From Alloascoidea hylecoeti (Eukaryota), in NCBI GenBank assembly GCA_001600815.1, contig BCKZ01000002.1, positions 434,001 to 498,000 on the forward strand: a stretch of 64,000 nucleotides of DNA. Direction: 5' to 3'. The position numbers and the translations under genes are program-made. Positions 61,251 through 64,000 of the stretch are shown here, in pieces. The notes beneath the pieces were generated by a model, which saw nothing but the letters and a program-made list of their open reading frames with translations, made no database searches and had not been told where the DNA came from. The first letter of the stretch is position 1. Each line of letters starts with the position of its first letter.

Positions 61251-61739
61251 TTTTATTACTCATTTTCTTTATTAGATATATAAGTTATACCTACAAATTA
61301 ATCTTCAAACATGCTTTACAAGCATAGAAGATTTTGTGAAATATAGCACTAAGGCCACATCTAACAGTAGTAAGGACTTAAAATACTGATAAGTTGAAGT
61401 ATCCAAAATGTTAATAACTAAACTTTATATTCCTTTTCAATGATCATAAGCGGTTTAGAAGAAGTGTTGATATTTGGTTTTGTTTTGAATTTGTTATAAG
61501 TGGGATAAGCGGTAAAGAGATGATCTGGGATTCTAAATACCTTAGATTTTGAGTTATAGCTTATTCACGGTACTAATATTGTACCAGAAAATACAATAAA
61601 AATATATTAAAAAATAAAAGTAAAAGAGTGTCAAAAGTTAGAAGCTTGAGCTTAAATATATAAATTAGTGTGATAAGTGTATCTGCTATAGCTATTTACT
61701 GTATAAAATTGTATGAAATATCTCATTATTAATTTAATT

Positions 61740-62885
61740 TTAATCGCTGACTTTCTTTTTTGATTTCTGAGCTGCTAATTGCCATGCTGGAATACCAGCC
61801 GATTTTCCAGCTTTATTAGTTGATGGTGATTTTCCATTGGATAAATTTGTTTCATTCTTTGTTTTTGAATTTCCCTCTTTTGCCTTGTCGTTATTAATGT
61901 CTTTATCAGAAGATTTATTATTAAGATCATTTAATGTTGTATTTGAATTGTGATTTGATTTTATACTTGAGCTTGTACTTGTATTTTCACTTCCATTTAA
62001 ATTTCCATTTATATTTCCATTTGTATTTGTATTTGTATTTGTACTTTCAGATCTAGATAACAATCCAATATTATCAAGAGATTGAGATCGACTTTCAATC
62101 AATTGTTTTAAACTTTTCAGTTCTGATTTTAGTGAGCTCATTTCATTTTTAATTAAATCTGAATGTCTATCATTTGTTTTAGATAAACTTGATTTAATAT
62201 TCTCAACTTCAGATTTAACCAATTTCATATCATCTTCAGCTTTATCTTGTTTCCTTTCAACATCTTTTATCGTTTTATCAATAGATTCACATGTCTCTGC
62301 AATTACTTCATCCCTCTTTAATTCTTGTTCTTTTAATTCGATCGTTTCTGTAGTTAGTTTATCCAATAAGGATTGGACTTTTGAAAATTCAGAATCGATT
62401 AATTCTTTATCTTGTTCAAGGGCAGTTTTCGCAGGTGGTACAATAGCAGGTACAACATAGGTTTGTAACATTTTATAAACTCCGTAAATGACACCAGCGG
62501 ACATTGTAGTCATTATGAAATAATCTTTCCAATCTCGGGTTGCCAGTGGTGGTAATGGTGGTACTGGTGGTGCTTGATGCGGATACGGGTAAGGCCCCGT
62601 GTTAGCATAAGAATTTTGAGCTGTCACATTTGAATTAGAGCCTGAAGAAGGAGTAGACACTTTTACCTCGGTATTTGGGGCCGAGGGAGAGGTTTGATTT
62701 ATTGGATTTTCAGGGGAGTAAGCGTGTTGTGGAGAATCCAGACGTCTTAAAGCTTCGTCGATTTCATTTTTAGTTAATTCCTTTGACTCCAAAAATTCAA
62801 GTTTTGCGGATAGAGGCCGAGCCGATAATTCGGGATCCTTTAAGAACTCAACGGCAGATTTTATGAGATCTTCTCGATTAGACAT
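61740..62885 (-). CDS. PEX14: Peroxisomal docking protein Pex14
   Basis: REDLIKSAVEFLKDP...KLEFLESK.LT..EIDEAL, RDWKDYFIM, coiled coil, GIPAWQLAA. Confidence 0.96.
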   Translation of the reverse strand: MSNREDLIKSAVEFLKDPELSARPLSAKLEFLESKELTKNEIDEALRRLDSPQHAYSPENPINQTSPSAPNTEVKVSTPSSGSNSNVTAQNSYANTGPYPYPHQAPPVPPLPPLATRDWKDYFIMTTMSAGVIYGVYKMLQTYVVPAIVPPAKTALEQDKELIDSEFSKVQSLLDKLTTETIELKEQELKRDEVIAETCESIDKTIKDVERKQDKAEDDMKLVKSEVENIKSSLSKTNDRHSDLIKNEMSSLKSELKSLKQLIESRSQSLDNIGLLSRSESTNTNTNTNGNINGNLNGSENTSTSSSIKSNHNSNTTLNDLNNKSSDKDINNDKAKEGNSKTKNETNLSNGKSPSTNKAGKSAGIPAWQLAAQKSKKKVSD

Positions 62886-63029
62886 TATTATAGGTTATAA
62901 ATCGATAGAGAAGCGAAGGAAGGAAGGGAGAAAAACGAGGTCGGGAAAATCAAAAACATTTGAAAATATTTGAAAATATTTGAACCTCTCACACACTCGC
63001 AATATATTTTATCCATATAAGTTATAAAT

Positions 63030-64000
63030 ATGTCCAAAACTGAGGTCTCACTACACATAAAACAACCGTCTCTAATCTCCAGAGCCGGTTCTCATCTTTA
63101 TGCCGGGTTCTTCGGTGGTTTAACGTCAGCAGTGCTTCTACAGCCCTTCGATCTGCTTAAAACGCGAATCCAGCAATCTCCAAGCTCCAAGTCAGCAGGA
63201 CTAATTGCTAATATTAAGTCTTTGGGAGTCACTTCCACTGGAACGAGGAATATACCAAAGGCAATAACAGAGTTATGGCGTGGGACTCTACCAAGCGCAA
63301 TACGAACGTCAACGGGGAGTGCTTTATATTTAACTTCATTAAACTCCATCCGAACCTATTTGGCTGGTCTTGACTCTAGCAGCAACAACAGCAATAATCG
63401 ACGGAGCTCTTCTCTACCCAAACTAAGTATGCAAGCGAACCTTTTGACCGGTGCTTTTGCAAGAACGGCAGTTGGGTTTCTGACAATGCCAATAACGGTC
63501 GTCAAGGTCCGTTATGAATCTAGTCTGTACAGGTATAGATCTATGCTCGAAGCAATCCAATCAATTTCTCGACAAGAAGGATTAAAAGGTTTTTTCACTG
63601 GGTTCGGAGCTACGTGTTTACGTGATGCTCCTTATGCTGGTTTGTATGTTTTATTTTATGAGCAGTTGAAAAATACAATTCCTGCTTTATTACATATGAA
63701 TAGTAACAAGTCAAACAATGATTATTTCAATATATCAACATCTGCATCAATCAACACAACAAGTGCTATGCTTGCGGCAATATTATCAACTACGATAACA
63801 GGGCCATTTGATACGATTAAAACACGGATGCAATTAGAACCTTCTAGGTATAAAACTTTCTTATCATCTATTAAAATCATTATTCAAAATGAAAATACTT
63901 CAACTTCTTCTAAAAAATATAATTTTAAAAATCTATTCGATGGATTATCTTTAAGATTAATGAGAAAAGGTGCAAGTTCTGGCATAGCATGGTGTATTTA
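63030..64000 (+). CDS. HEM25: Mitochondrial glycine carrier (SLC25A38/Hem25); runs off window end
   Basis: HLYAGFFGGLTSAVLLQPFDLLKTRIQQ, LWRGTLPSAIRTSTGSALY, MPITVVKVRYES, RDAPYAGLYVLFYE, PFDTIKTRMQ. Confidence 0.93.
   Translation, partial: MSKTEVSLHIKQPSLISRAGSHLYAGFFGGLTSAVLLQPFDLLKTRIQQSPSSKSAGLIANIKSLGVTSTGTRNIPKAITELWRGTLPSAIRTSTGSALYLTSLNSIRTYLAGLDSSSNNSNNRRSSSLPKLSMQANLLTGAFARTAVGFLTMPITVVKVRYESSLYRYRSMLEAIQSISRQEGLKGFFTGFGATCLRDAPYAGLYVLFYEQLKNTIPALLHMNSNKSNNDYFNISTSASINTTSAMLAAILSTTITGPFDTIKTRMQLEPSRYKTFLSSIKIIIQNENTSTSSKKYNFKNLFDGLSLRLMRKGASSGIAWCI

Noticed and set aside
1..64000. CRISPR arrays, rRNA, intact LTR pairs, endogenous viral genes
   Set aside because: None seen; GC-richer intergenic patches resolved as retrotransposon or Tc1 relics

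Overview
AT-rich genomic DNA of a budding yeast (Saccharomycotina-type genes, few short spliceosomal introns). CTG decodes as Leu, judged from invariant Leu positions in YSH1. The first 18.8 kb is gene-dense: YSH1 5' end, SDD3-like M16 peptidase, a secreted orphan, GNT1, a septin-like membrane-anchored GTPase, spliced YEN1, a stand-alone copia-protease-like gene, an RWD-like protein, a mitochondrial GGQ factor and PCK1. The stretch from 18.8 to 61 kb is gene-sparse: tRNA-Glu, GAC1-like PP1 subunit, FAD oxidase plus amino-acid permease, ECM13-like, CLB3/4 cyclin, RPP1, RPL13 and orphans. Its long spacers hold heavily decayed Ty3/gypsy, Ty1/copia, Tc1 and pogo-like relics. PEX14 and HEM25 close the window. 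The best leads are four. (1) An intact, LTR-less, apparently catalytically dead copia protease gene head-to-head with YEN1 (candidate domestication). (2) A septin-like GTPase whose layout and motifs recall the mitophagy receptor Atg32. (3) A possible RIP-like C>T/G>A signature on transposon relics. (4) Sharp GC islands centred on promoters. All family calls come from motif recognition by eye; no searches were run.
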